A stretch of DNA of 64,000 nt from positions 43,338,001 through 43,402,000 of the forward strand of contig OX597822.1 of NCBI GenBank assembly GCA_951406725.2, read 5' to 3'. Below, piece after piece: positions 40,870 through 55,361 of this stretch (positions are counted from its first letter, which is position 1; the number at the start of each line of letters is the position of its first letter). Under the pieces are notes generated by a model. The model was not told the origin of the DNA. It did not search any database and was given only the letters and a program-made list of their open reading frames with translations. A program made the position numbers and the translations under genes. The stretch comes from Octopus vulgaris (lineage: Eukaryota).

Positions 40870-41520
40870 ATATATATATTTATAACATAAATAACAGAAG
40901 GAAAATGTATAAATTTTAAATAGTTTTAATACATTTTTTAATATATTTTATATTGTGTTTGTCGATCGGCTTCGCTTTCGCTAATTATGACATTAAAATT
41001 ATTCTAATTTCATATTTTCTTAACAAAAATTTAGTGCATGTTGTGTGTGGAGAAGTTTATGAATGAATGATTCAAGAAGTAGAAAAATCTAAGGAAAAGG
41101 AATTGGTTCTCGTTATTATTGGGTACAGGGCTGGATGAAGATATATACAAAACTCAAAAGGTAAATAAGTGGGAAAAGTAAAATGTGTACATTGACGGGA
41201 ATGTAATCATGAATTAAAATATATACTGAGATCAAAGTTGGTTATGCGTGCATATTTAGACGTGTTCTATATTTTTCGATGATCAAATTTTCTTTCTTTA
41301 AATGTTCTTGTATAAAAATTATTTGTTTGCACTGGTAGAATGGGAAAACTATGAAGTTTGGTTGGATGTTACTTGCACATCTCTCTATGGAATCTGTCTG
41401 TATTGCGGGAACCGGATATGCTCTTAATGTAGTGTGGTTCTCCGTCTCAGTGTCATACCTGTCTCTCCTATATAGTTATGTTAGCAACCTGAGCAATTAG
41501 ATTCTCGGAAGAACATGTGA
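40870..41520 (-). mobile_element. PLE 3' fragment: GIY-YIG endonuclease remnant plus 3' UTR
   Basis: Minus-strand translation: CSSENLI..CSGC..NYIGETGMTLRRRTTLH.EHIRFPQYRQIP..PNFIVFPFYQ..IEKYRTRLN, parallel to the C-terminus of ORF 55362-56564. Confidence 0.75.
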
Positions 41521-41750
41521 ATATATATATATATATAGGCTAATATCCAACTGTGGCAATCAGTGCTCAAGAAGGCGGTAGTGGATAAATAATGTTTATT
41601 TGTAGGTTAACAAGGCAACTTATATGTGTTATGTTTATGAACAACTGTGATGAGCAACTCACATGAAACGATTGGTTGTCTTCCTTGCATACAATTAAAA
41701 TACACAGATGCATACAAACACAAAATAAATACACACATATATATGATACA

Positions 41751-41785
<35 letters not shown>

Positions 41786-42007
41786 CATATATTATATATA
41801 TATATATCATACATACACACACGCACACACACACATATGTATGTATGTATGCATGCATGTATGTATGTACATATGTATGTATGCATGTATGTGCGTATGT
41901 ATGTATGTATATATATATGTATATATATATAATTGTGCCTGAGGGTGCCGAAGCGCCTATATAATAAGAAATAAAAGTTAAAAACTCTTAATGCTGTAAG
42001 AGGTGCG

Positions 42008-42047
<40 letters not shown>

Positions 42048-43479
42048 TGACAAGGGAGATAACTGCTCCATGAGCTCTCTAAGATCACTAGACTACTTTC
42101 GCCAAGCAATCGTCAGGAGTGGCTACTCAAAAGCTCGATGTTTTAGCTAAATTCAGCCGTCACTAAATATTTCTTAACGATAAAACTTTATGGCTGATTT
42201 ATCGAAATGCTGATAGGCATATTATTAATTAACACAAACAGCTAGGCGCAATGTAATATCATAAAATCATAATTTTATCGATACTAATTGTGACGCACTA
42301 TTGCGCGCTTCTTACAGCATTAAGAGTTTTAAAACTCTTATTTCTTGGAACAGCAGTGCTTCACCCATCTGTGTCACAATTAATGACAATAAAATTTTTC
42401 TTTTACAGTATTATATTGCGCCTAGCTGTTTATATGAATATATATATACACACATACATACATACATATATATATATGCAGACATTTGTACGCTCACGTA
42501 TATAGTCATGATAAAGTGTCTGAACACAAACATGAAATTCGGTATCATTTCTAAATGTTTTGCTATCAAGATAAAATCATATTATGAGTAACATATTTGC
42601 AAGTGACAGAGTTCATTAATTTATATTACGTATTTTGGTATATGAATGATGAAATATTATTTCATAATTTCATCTATTGACATTTCATAAACTGCAGCGT
42701 ATATAAATATTATATAAACTTATGGAATTGTCATTAGATTTGATCAAACTGCTACTTTCTGTAGTAAGGAATCATCGACTTGAGGAAGTCGACTACGCGA
42801 TCAAGATTCTTTCCTATAAGATACGAGAACAACTAAATGTTGCCGTACCTTATATATATATGTTCTTTTTTATTCTTTTTTTTACTTGTTGCAGTCATTT
42901 GACTGCGGCTATGCACCACCTTTAGTCGAGCAAATCGAAACCAGGACTTATTCGTTGTAAGCCTAGTACTTATTCTATCGGTGTCTTTTGCCGAACCGCT
43001 AAGTTACCAGACGTAAGTACACCACCATCGGTTGCTAAACACAGACACAGAAACACACACACACACACACACATACACACACATACACACACATATATAT
43101 ACGACAAGCTTCTTTCAGGTTTCCGTCTACAAAATCCACTCACAAGGCTCTGGTCCGCCCGAGGTTATAGTAGAAGACATTTGCCCAAGGTGCCATGCAG
43201 TGGGACTAAGCCCGGAACCATGTGTTTGTTAAGCAAGTTACTTAACACATAGTCACTCCTGCACATAGTCCACGCGCCTTCACTCTTATGGGATGCCATT
43301 CTCGGAAAGCTTATAAAACAAGGCAACATCAGCGTCCTCTCAACGATTAACCAAAGATGATTTTTAAAATGAGAATATCTGAAATAAACTCGACTGCTCT
43401 CACAAACGAGAATAATAAAACTGAACCCGACCGCTCTCAAAGATTAAGTAAAAGTAACAGGAGAAATAATCAAGAATCC

Positions 43480-44380
43480 GTGTCCGATACCGATCGATCC
43501 CAACTTCGAATCAGTGCGTGCCAGTTATGATTTTGTGTCGGTGGTTTTTGAATAATTTTTTGTGCTGCTTTGCAGCGGTTTGAGTGTTTGCTTGTATTTG
43601 TTTGTGCTTTCTCTTCTCGCAAGAGAAGGGATAGCCGGTTATAGAATGTCTGAAGATAGTTATAGTTTCTCAAACATATCATCGTCCGAGGAGGAGTTGC
43701 TGGAGGCTGTTAAGACAATGGTCCAGAAACTGAGAAAAGAGAAGAGGAATTTTACTGATGCAGCAAGGTGCAAGGATACAGAAGTAAATGTTAGGGAATT
43801 CGGAAGACACAAAGAAGAAATGAACCGAGATGGGTTCGAAGTGAAACTGTCACCCCGCAAAGGTTATAAACGGAATAAAGCAAAAAACGTTAAACTATCG
43901 AACCTTTTCGATAAATAAAAGTAAAATAGATGTTGTCACGACAGAACTAGTAGAAAAGGCGTTAAGGCAGATTTGGGACGACATAATATACCTGACAAAA
44001 GGTTCAACGTTTGGAACAGTAGAAGTGAGGTTTCGTAATGAAGCAGCAGCAATGAAACATGCAGCGACAACAATTTGGAGCGAAGAAGTGGTGCTGTTGC
44101 CCGCGTATAATGATATGAGTGCAACAAGGGATGTGACCTGGTTGGCAAATACGGTCCTCTTGGGTAATGAGGACAACATAGTTGTGCTCCAGGCCAAGAA
44201 AAAATAGTGCGTCAACTGGAGAGGTCAATCACTAGAGATGATAGTCCAGGATTTAAAAGGAACGATGGAAAAGATTACGGAAACAATAATTATGGAAGAA
44301 ACAATTATGACTGTCAGGGTGGAAGGAAGAGGACACATAAGAGCAGAATGTACATCAAAGCCAAGAAAACCAAAGGATAA
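43480..44380 (+). mobile_element. Decayed ORF1 (gag-like) of a non-LTR retrotransposon
   Basis: RRM-like segment (GSTFGTVEVRFRNE..) and a truncated zinc knuckle (VRVEGR..GHIRAEC); family assignment is inference. Confidence 0.45.
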
Positions 44381-44384
44381 TGAC

Positions 44385-45290
44385 TGTCATTATATATACA
44401 TATGAGGAATATTCGTCATACACACATACATGCACATTAGTATGTGCCATTATACACACATACGAATGTCGAACAAATGTTCTTATACATACATACACAT
44501 AAATAACTGTCATCATATATACCCACACTATGTAAACGATATATGATGTATATATACCCACATCATACATATTCACAATTTCCGTCTTACACACATACTT
44601 ACGAGCAGCTGTCGACATACATACATAAATATACATGAGCAATTGTTGTCGTACAAACATACATATGGGCAGCTGTTGCCATGCACACATACATATACTT
44701 GAGCAATTACTGTCATACAAACATATAAATGAGCAGCTGTCAACGTACACACTTACATATACATGAGCAATTGTTGTTATTCAACGTGCATATGAGCTGT
44801 CGTTGCTATACACACACATATATATATATGAGCAATTACAGTCATACAAACATACATATGGACAGCTGTTGCCATACACACATACATATACATGAGTAAT
44901 TACTGTCATACAACATACATATGATCAGTTGACGCCATACACACATACATATACATGAGCAATTGTTGTCATACAAAAATACATATAAGCAGTTGTCGCC
45001 GTACACACATACATATACATGAGCAATTTTTGTCATACAAACATACATATAAGCAGTTGTTGCCATACATATGAGCAATTGTTGCCATACAGATATACAT
45101 ATGAGCAGTTGTCGCCATACACACATACATATACATGAGCAATTACTGTCATACAACATACATATGATCAGTCATTGCTACACACATATGTATATATATA
45201 CTTGAGCAATTGCCATCATACACACATACATATGAGCGACTACCCTCATACACATATACACACATGAGAAGCTCATCCTTTACATAAGCT
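44385..45290. repeat. Degenerate minisatellite with alternating 30/34-bp subunits
   Basis: GAGCAATTGTTGTCATACAAACATACATAT alternating with GAGCAGYTGTYGCCATACACACATACATATACAT. Confidence 0.8.
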
Positions 45291-46126
45291 CATACACACT
45301 GACCCACATGGCACTTACATATCCACGATGCATCTTTCTGTTGCTTATTTCTCTCTTTGTAATTATCAATTGATAATTTAGTTTTCTTTCATAATTATAT
45401 TTTAATTAGTTTTGTTATATTTTTCGCGAAATTAAGTTTTCAATTTAAATGGGGAAATAAATTAAAATGCAAGGAAAAGCGGGAAAACAACACGTAAATA
45501 AGAATTTTAATGATAATGTTGTTGTCAGTGTGGTTGTCACAGTTTTTGTTTTTGTTGCAATTGATGTTGATGTTCTTGTTGCTGTTGGAATTGAAACTGA
45601 AGCTGTTATACTACTATAGTTGTAGATGTGTTGCAGAGCTGTGGCTGTTGTTATGCTTCTGTTTGTTATGCTGCAGATGTAGTTTTCAGTTCTTGTTTTC
45701 TGTTGTTGTATTGCTGTTTTGTGCTCCTGTTGTCGTTTTGCAAATGTTCCTGTCCTGGTGGTGTTGTGCTCTTTGTGGGCTGCAGATTTTTTGTGCTGTG
45801 TTTCTGCTGCCATGGTTGTGTTACTGTTGTTATGTTACTAATATTGTCCTGGTGCTGCTGCACTACAATTATTGTGCTGCTGCTGCTGTCGGTGTACTAC
45901 TGTCATTGTTCTGCATATTTATGTGTATCTGTGCGTCTTTCTCTCTCTCAATATATATATATATATATATATACATGCATACTTATATACATATATGTAT
46001 AGATGTAGATATATACATATGCATACACACATGTATGCATATGTATATATGTATATATATATATACATATATTTATATATATTTATATATATATATACAT
46101 ATGTATACATATACATACATACATAC

Positions 46127-46198
<72 letters not shown>

Positions 46199-46199
46199 C

Positions 46200-46938
46200 A
46201 TTTTATCAATGGCTTTTTATCAGCATATTAAAAAAATACCTTTAAAGGTTAAATTTTTATAAACAACTTATAAACAAGGGCAAAAGAAAAAATTCCAATG
46301 ACAAATATGCCGAAATATCGACTTAATCGTCAATAACCATATAATTTATCACTACAAGCACGCGTCTCGAAAGTAAGCCGTTACAAATTTCTAAAAAATT
46401 CGTCATTATCGGATTGGTCCCAAATTCTGAGTTAATTCATTTAGAATTTTCTCGTCATCAGTGATAAATAGGATAAGAAAATAAATGAGATACTTACTTG
46501 CACCCATGGAAGAATTAAATACTAAGAAATGAGCACACTTAAGTACCCCAAATATATCCAAAATAGAAATACAACAGTATACCTCGAGAATACTGAAAAT
46601 TATCATAGAGTGAGAGAGTCCGGAAGTGAATAGTATTAAATTTATATCTAATATAGGATAAAAATTTTCGAAAAAATTTTATCAATGGTCAACATATTAA
46701 AAAAATATCTTTAAAAGTTAAATTTTATAGACAACTTATAAACAAGGGTAAAAGAATAAATTCCAATGCTAAATATGATGAATTTTTAGAAATGTTTAGA
46801 ATTTTTTAGAAATTTCTATCGGCTTACTTTCGAGACACGTGCTTATAGTGATAAATTATATGGTTATTCACTATTAAGTGTGTTTCGGCATATTTAGCAT
46901 TAGAATTTTTCTTTTGCCCTTGTTTATAAGTTGTTTAT

Positions 46939-46940
<2 letters not shown>
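46200..46940. mobile_element. Complex direct plus inverted PLE-type insertion with hammerhead-like motif (46344-46469, -)
   Basis: 46201-46308 is repeated at about 46677-46778; 46258-46400 is inverted at about 46799-46939. Minus strand: AUUUAUCA-CUGAUGA..UUUC-GAGA-C..GUA-GUGAUAAAU. Confidence 0.7.
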
Positions 46941-46970
<30 letters not shown>

Positions 46971-47033
46971 GCATATATAAGTATGCATTCATATATATGC
47001 CTATATATGAAAGACTATATCTATCTACCTATC

Positions 47034-47141
<108 letters not shown>

Positions 47142-47709
47142 TTCCTATGTATATAGCTGTGTCATAGGACGACTTGATCAGGTATCACTCGGAAGCGACT
47201 ATGACTTATTTGCATGTACCATGCTTTCGTCAATTGTTTTAGACGTCCGTGTGGTCACGAGCCGTCGCAGACACTCTCGTCACTCCCACACTTGACGTAA
47301 TTAAACAACGAGTATATGTCTGCTGGACAGAGAGAGCAAATTGCACTACCACACTGATGGTACTCATTTTCAGTTGAATAAATTGCATCAACATGAAATA
47401 AAGTACCATGCCGAAGGATACCATTCAGCGTGCGGTCTAAGAATCGAATACGTGGCCTTATGATCTTAAACGCAGCTACTAGGCTACGCACAAGCCTTCA
47501 CAATCTACAATAAAATACCTCCGTGAGGTCGTTGAACCAGATTATAAAATGGTGGCCGAATTTTCCCGAATTCACATCCTACAGGCTTAAAATCTGGGTA
47601 ATGCAATCGTTGATGTATGGTGAACTGTGTCAAAGTACATGATGAGAAAGTCACAACTGTGACCCGTTTTTGGATAAAGGTACTCAGTGAAGGATGAACT
47701 GAGGCTCAT

Positions 47710-48170
47710 GAATAACAACAACAACAATCACCACTACAAACACCACAAACACCACCACCACCATAACTAGCTATCACTACTAACACAACTACAATCATTA
47801 CAAACGCAAAACCACATCTAACAAAATTACTAACGCATGCAAACCCAGCACCGACACATACCACTATCACCACCAGCACCGGCACCTCCACCACCACCAT
47901 CGCCATCACCATCACCACCACCACCACCACCAACAGCAACAACAACAGCATCATCGCTATCATCATCGCCAACACCATCCCCACCCCGCCTCACCCCACT
48001 ACCTGATGAACAACAACAATAGCAACAACAGCAACAACACCGACAACCCTACAATCACCATCGCCGCCGCCGCCGCCAAACCACCTCCATCACCACCACC
48101 ACCACCACCAACGACAACAACAACAACAACAACAACAACAATAACAACAACAGAAACAACGGCAACAATC
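47710..48170. repeat. (CAC/AAC)n low-complexity tract
   Basis: Directly visible. Confidence 0.9.
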
Positions 48171-48272
48171 TTTCAGTTTGGCAACTCCATATGTTTGTGA
48201 AAATTTGCTTGAATGATTTTCGTGAAGGAATTGGCCAAATATACCATTAGAACCATCATTTACAAAGACACG

Positions 48273-48351
<79 letters not shown>

Positions 48352-48509
48352 ACACACACATACACACATATATATATATAGATGGATAGCTATAACTATA
48401 TACATACACGCATTCATATGTAAATACATACATGCATACATATATATATGTATGCTTCCGTATATACGATCGTATATACAATCATACAAGCATATATATA
48501 TATACATAT

Positions 48510-48563
<54 letters not shown>

Positions 48564-48875
48564 ATTACACACACACACAGAAATTTATATATATATATAT
48601 ATATTTCTCTCGCTTACTCGCTCTCTCGTGTGTGTTAGGTGCGTGTATAAATGTATGAATGTATGCGTGAGAGAGCTAGAGAGATAGAGAGAGAAAGGGA
48701 ATGATAGTGATATAAGTATGCATTTATTAGATATATTCCTGTATACGCAGGTATTCACACAGACGAATGTATTCATACATACATATATATATATATACGT
48801 ACGTATTTGTATGTATATATATATATATATATATATATAAACACACATACATACTTGTATGTATATATATCTATA

Positions 48876-48932
<57 letters not shown>

Positions 48933-48935
48933 TTG

Positions 48936-49006
<71 letters not shown>

Positions 49007-49432
49007 GTGCATACAAAAATACTTATAATATATGTATACACACACGCAAGCCCTTTCCTTTCTCTACCTCTCTGTAAATTAAATACCACACTTGTACTGC
49101 CATTAAAACACATACACACACGTTTAGAATCTTAGATTATTCCAATGCTATACACGCCGCTATTTCACTTATATAAATATATACTCACCAATACGCATGC
49201 GCTCACTGAGCACATTTATTTACACTGATTTGGTCAGCTCTGTATTGTGAAATCTTATGTTAGTTCGGGGAATATGTGTCGGGAGGCGTGAGTATGTACG
49301 TTTGTGTGTATGTATGTATATTTCAGTGTTTACACATACATATACATACATACATTCACACATCCATAGAGGCCTACGTACGTCTGTGTGTTTGTCCATC
49401 TCTATCTCTCTGTCTTTCTCTTCTCTTTCTTC

Positions 49433-49517
<85 letters not shown>

Positions 49518-50236
49518 AGTCTGATTGTCTGTCGGGCTGTCTGTCTATCTATATATTTATATGTGTATTTGTCGGTCTGTCTGTTTGTCTGTCTGTCTAA
49601 CTACTGTATAGCTATTCATCTACCTGTCTATCTCTTTGTATCTTTTCATCTATTGTATGTACAAACGAACACACGCAAGGATTCAGAAATATACACACAG
49701 ACGCGCACATACACACACATGCACGCACACTCACTAAACACTCCCAAAATTACCATCACGTATCATCCATACTTAGTTGAGATCTCACAAGCTCCATATG
49801 TAATATTCATATCTGATTTAACAAGGTAGATCACCCTTTGAATGTTAATAGTATTCTAGGAGGAAGCACAAGTGCGGTAGAGAGCCAAGTACTAAGAGAC
49901 AGTGGAAAGCTTTCGTAAGAACAGATCGTGGTGAAAAATGAAAGATTCACAGCTCGTTCTCTGGGTAAGGCCTATGAAACACTGGATCTGAATGCGCAGA
50001 AAATCTACGAAGAGCAACGTAGAGGCTACTAGAAAAGTATGTTGATACCGCTGGCTGAAAAGAGGAGAACGATGTAGGTCGGTGAAACTTTACTTGGACA
50101 CACGCCTACGCTTTGGTCGGATTGGTCGGATGAGTGTGTATGTTTTAAGACCCGAAAACCCCAGTGAATCCAGAGGACAACACAAGCAATGTATCCAGGC
50201 GTTAGATATGTGAATGTATTCAGAACTCTGTGTGTA

Positions 50237-50327
50237 GCCTGAAGAGTTGGGAGTTATGAAACTTTTATGCAATATTATTCTATTATAGTTATGCTACAAT
50301 AAAGATTCTTAACGAAACAGTTGTAGC
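50237..50327 (+). ncRNA. Hammerhead motif with extended stem II
   Basis: GC-CUGAAGA-GUUGGGAGU(long loop)AUUCUUAAC-GAAA-CAGUUG-UA-GC; stem I weak. Confidence 0.5.
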
Positions 50328-50386
50328 AGTACAAAGTAATCTATTAGTTTGCTTTATTATGCATATCTATATACGTATCTCTCTTA

Positions 50387-50421
<35 letters not shown>

Positions 50422-50569
50422 TCTATCTATCCCTATTGACCGGCCTTTTTTTCCACGATCCCTTTGATCGAAATTCTACCCCACCTTTTTTTCTTCTTCC
50501 CAAAAAGGAAAGCTCTGCTTTGTATTTCATCCCCCCTGTGATCAGCCCTGTGTGGCCAACAAAGAAACA

Positions 50570-50663
<94 letters not shown>

Positions 50664-51106
50664 ATCTTATATTTTTTTACTTGTTTCAGTCATTTGATTG
50701 CGGCCATGCTAGACACCGCATTTAAGTATTTTTCTTGTCGAACAAATAGACACCAGTACTTACTCTTTTCTAACTCTAGTACCTATTCTATCGGTGACTT
50801 TTGCCGAACCGCTAAGTTACAGGGGTATAAACACACCGGCATCAATTGTCAAGCGCGTGAACACACACACACATACGACGGGCTTCCTTCGGTTTCCGTC
50901 TACCAAATCTACTCACAAGACTTTGTCAGCCCGAGGCTATAGTGGAAGACACTTGCTCAAATGTCACGCCACTGGACAAAACCCAGAACCATGTGGTTGG
51001 GAAGCAAGCTTCTTACCACACAACCACAACTACACCTATACATACACACAGACACAAACACACATACACACATATAGAAACATACACACACATACACATA
51101 TATATA

Positions 51107-51236
51107 CAGGGTGTCCCCCAAAAATGTATACACATAGTGGTTCGGCAAAAGCGAACGATAGAATAAGTACTAGGCTTACAAAGAATAACAAATTTACAAT
51201 TATTTAAGGTGTGTATACATTTTTTGGGACACCCTG
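51107..51236. mobile_element. Tc1/mariner-type MITE, TA TSD
   Basis: TA|CAGGGTGTCCC..AAAAATGTATACAC ... GTGTATACATTTTTTGGGACACCCTG|TA. Confidence 0.85.
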
Positions 51237-51488
51237 TATATATACATACATATTTATACACGCACACACACATATATATATATTTAATTTAGAGGGCATG
51301 TTAACCTCATGAAGAGATGTTTTCCTCCAAGGAAATACTGGTTCAATACCTAGTATTTGAGGGGGGTGGGGTGAATTTACTTAAAATAATAGGTGTATAT
51401 AAAACACAGTTTGTATCAATTTAAAAGAAGAAAAGAAAATGGAGATTAGGAAGTTGATAATTGTTTGTATATAAACAATTCATAACTT

Positions 51489-51555
<67 letters not shown>

Positions 51556-51560
51556 ACACA

Positions 51561-51663
<103 letters not shown>

Positions 51664-51794
51664 GGCACAACAATGCACTATAATAACAACACTGGACTAT
51701 AATAATTGTTACAATTTAATCATCCGTAGTCTGATGTAAATATTTTGGAATATAAAATATACTAGGAATTGATCGATATACATATACATATATA

Positions 51795-51906
51795 CAGGGT
51801 GGTCGCGAGAAAAACAGAATTTTCGTGAAATGCAGTTATATTTTCGCAAGTTCTATTGAAGTAAACATTAAGCATCACATTTTCCGCTTTTCTAGCGACC
51901 ACCCTG
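51795..51906. mobile_element. Tc1/mariner-type MITE, TA TSD
   Basis: TA|CAGGGTGGTCGCGAGAAAA ... TTTTCTAGCGACCACCCTG|TA. Confidence 0.8.
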
Positions 51907-52218
51907 TATATGATGAACAATGACTCTGAAACTAGTCTCTGATTGCTGGCTTTGCTGGGTGGAGGTGCTTATCTCCACTTTGAAAACATAGCGAAACAGG
52001 AAATGTGTCAAGTCCAACAGGAAACGGTGTTTCCTAGGGCTAAATAACACTAGCATTCTTCCCTTTTATGGGACTGTCACATTACGATGACAACATACTA
52101 TCACTATATATATAATTATTAATTACTAATTAATTAACTTTACCCTTATTATTATTGACAATATAATTCTCTCCCTGATAATAAACTACAGATCCATCTG
52201 TAGGAATTTGTTGCTCTC

Positions 52219-52280
<62 letters not shown>

Positions 52281-52299
52281 ATATGTGTGTATGTATGTA

Positions 52300-52339
<40 letters not shown>

Positions 52340-53340
52340 GAGAGTGAGAAAGAGATTTATATATATATATATATAGATATATATGTTTATATGTATGATT
52401 GTGTATATATTTATGTGGGAAGGTGGCGAGAGAGAGAGAGAGGGATAGAGGGAAGAAGAGAGAGCTATAAAGGATATGCATGGATCAATCCAACAATATG
52501 ACTGCTCTACACTAAGTATCTTGCTCCATCATTAAACTGCGCTCCAGATTTATCTTCCGTAGCGAGACAAACGCTCCCTTCATTCTATCCAACACCGAAA
52601 ACATATTTCAATATTTGGTAACTTACCAGATTGTTTATAGTCCCTTAGAAGGAAGCAAACCCTTTGGCCCTGTCAATTATCGATCTATTGCACTTATTTC
52701 TGACAGCTCAAGACTAAATAAACTAACTATTAGGTCTGTCTCTCAAACCTGTCAGTGATCGCCATTATTGCTTTCGTTGCTGGTTAAATGGCAGCTATGT
52801 CTGTGTTTATATGCAATGTGTTACGAGTCATTGCCCAAGACCATTCTGACAGGAAGTATGGAGGGGGAGAAGGAAAGAGGCTGACAACAAAGGTTTGTGG
52901 TTTGACGGCACCAAAAATAGACTGGAAACACGAGTCTGGTTGATAGGATGCATGTAGGAATCGGAGAGTGTTGGTAATTCGTCCGCTGAACACAGGGGAG
53001 GCACCTAGCTGATGGCTGACGGATGGTTAGTTACTACGGAGAAGCAGAGATTGGGTGTTTAGGATGTCACAATAATTCGCTGAGGTTTTGTGCAGAGGTC
53101 TGGTTATTTGCAAGTGACTTTTACGAATTGAACACAGACGGGTCAGGGTAGATTGAAGCGTTCTGCAACAGCAAACTCTACATTGGAAAGAAAACTAGCG
53201 TGGCTTCCCAAACACATGGTTCCGGGTTCAGTCTCATGATGTGGTACCTTGAGCAAGTGTCATCTACTGCAACTTCGGTCCGACCAGCCGAATAAAGCCT
53301 TGTAAGTGGATTTGGTAGATGGAGATTGAAAGAAGACCAC

Positions 53341-53385
<45 letters not shown>

Positions 53386-54108
53386 TATATCTTGGACCCC
53401 ATCACTGCTTGACAACAGGTGTTGTTGTGTTGTTAACGTCGCAGAATTTAGCGGTTCAGCAAAGAAATCAATAGAATCCGTACCGTGCTTTTAAGAAAAG
53501 GTACTGGGCCGATTCGTTCAACTAAAATTTCTTGAAGTATATTTTGTTTTTAAGAATTTCCGAGATTGGGAGGAAGAAATGAGGAAGTAGATTTCAAGCT
53601 ACAAATTTACCTTGAATGCTTGTAGCAGAGTGAAATAAGCTAAAAGCATCAGAACTCATACTTATTAGTGTTGAAGCAATGAGACGGACTAAGTCTAATA
53701 CACATTGTGTGTGCGTATGTATGTATGTATGTATGTATGTATGTATGTATGTATGTATGTATGTATGTATGTAGTTATTAAACTTTATTTCAAGATTTCT
53801 TGCCAATAGAGAAAGAGCCGATTTCGAACCTGGATCCAAAGCTTATTCATTGGAACTTCAGCTGCATTAGCAGGGTATTTTTCTTTGTATGTATACGTGC
53901 AGATTTCTATGTTTTGTTTTATGTATGCATTCTCATGCATATAGTTGCATATCTAAACATGTTCATAAATACTTTAATAACAAAGTTTTAGAGTTTTACA
54001 GATTTTTAGTTCTCGTGATGTGTGTGTGTGTATATATATATGTACACTTACATAAATACATGCGTAAATACGTACATACATATCTACAAATATATATATA
54101 TATATATG

Positions 54109-54166
<58 letters not shown>

Positions 54167-54291
54167 TATATTTCTAAAGAGTAAGGGATTACTCCAAACG
54201 TTTACCAATTTGCTTTCAGTTAGGTATGTAAAGCTGTATATATATAGAAAGAAATAATTAAAGATAACTCTGTTCCACTTCGTAATAATCC

Positions 54292-54585
<294 letters not shown>

Positions 54586-54589
54586 GTAA

Positions 54590-55080
54590 AATTTTGGAGA
54601 GAAAAGCTCTTATGATGCAGAGTACAAAGATTGCAAACCGTCTCATCAGAGGCCTGAAGCAGCACTGCTGGAGATTGAGAAACATCGGAACTGCCCCCAT
54701 GGAAAAGAAAGATCAGACAAAGAAGCTTGAGTTATAAAAACTATAAAATCAAACCCTGAAGCCTTCTTTAAGTACGCCTCAGAAACCGCCTCCGTGCGTT
54801 GGAAGGTAGGGCCACTCTTCCAAAAAGATGGTTCCTCACGGGAAACCCCATGAGGAGAAGTGAAACACTGAATGAGCAATTCATTAGTGTCCTCTCCCTA
54901 CCTTTACGCCACATGCAATTGAGCAAACCTGCAGAATTCTTTAGCGCTACAGATGTCGAAAAGTAACGACTCCCTCATTCACCGAATGACACACATGAGA
55001 GGAGGTTTAGTGAAATCGAAGCAAAGCAAACGACATTGCCCCAGCATGGCCGCATCTCTCGAGCTGAAACTAGAAGATAG
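54590..55080 (+). mobile_element. Internally deleted copy related to the 4.8-6.9 kb LINE (linker region joined to 3' tail)
   Basis: IKSNPEAFFKYA..VGPLFQKDG resembles 6516-6869; ends GCCCCAGCATGGCC..GAGCTGAAACTAG like 4792-4833. Confidence 0.75.
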
Positions 55081-55086
55081 AAAAAA

Positions 55087-55121
<35 letters not shown>

Positions 55122-55143
55122 TGTATGTATGTATGTATGTATG

Positions 55144-55215
<72 letters not shown>

Positions 55216-55361
55216 CGATCACTTTCTGGCTAAATAACTACTCCTTTGTACTCCCAACTCGCATAAATAAAGAACTTATAGTAGAAGGACTTAGATTTAT
55301 TTTAGAAAACAATTACTTTATTTTTGACAATAATTTCTACAGACAAAGATCGGGAACAGCG

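Noticed and set aside
44385-45290. CRISPR-like array
   Set aside because: Eukaryotic context; units are degenerate tandem repeats without unique spacers; no cas genes.
52520-53170. Possible old LINE fragments (NYRSIALIS)
   Set aside because: Single short motif; boundaries cannot be defined.
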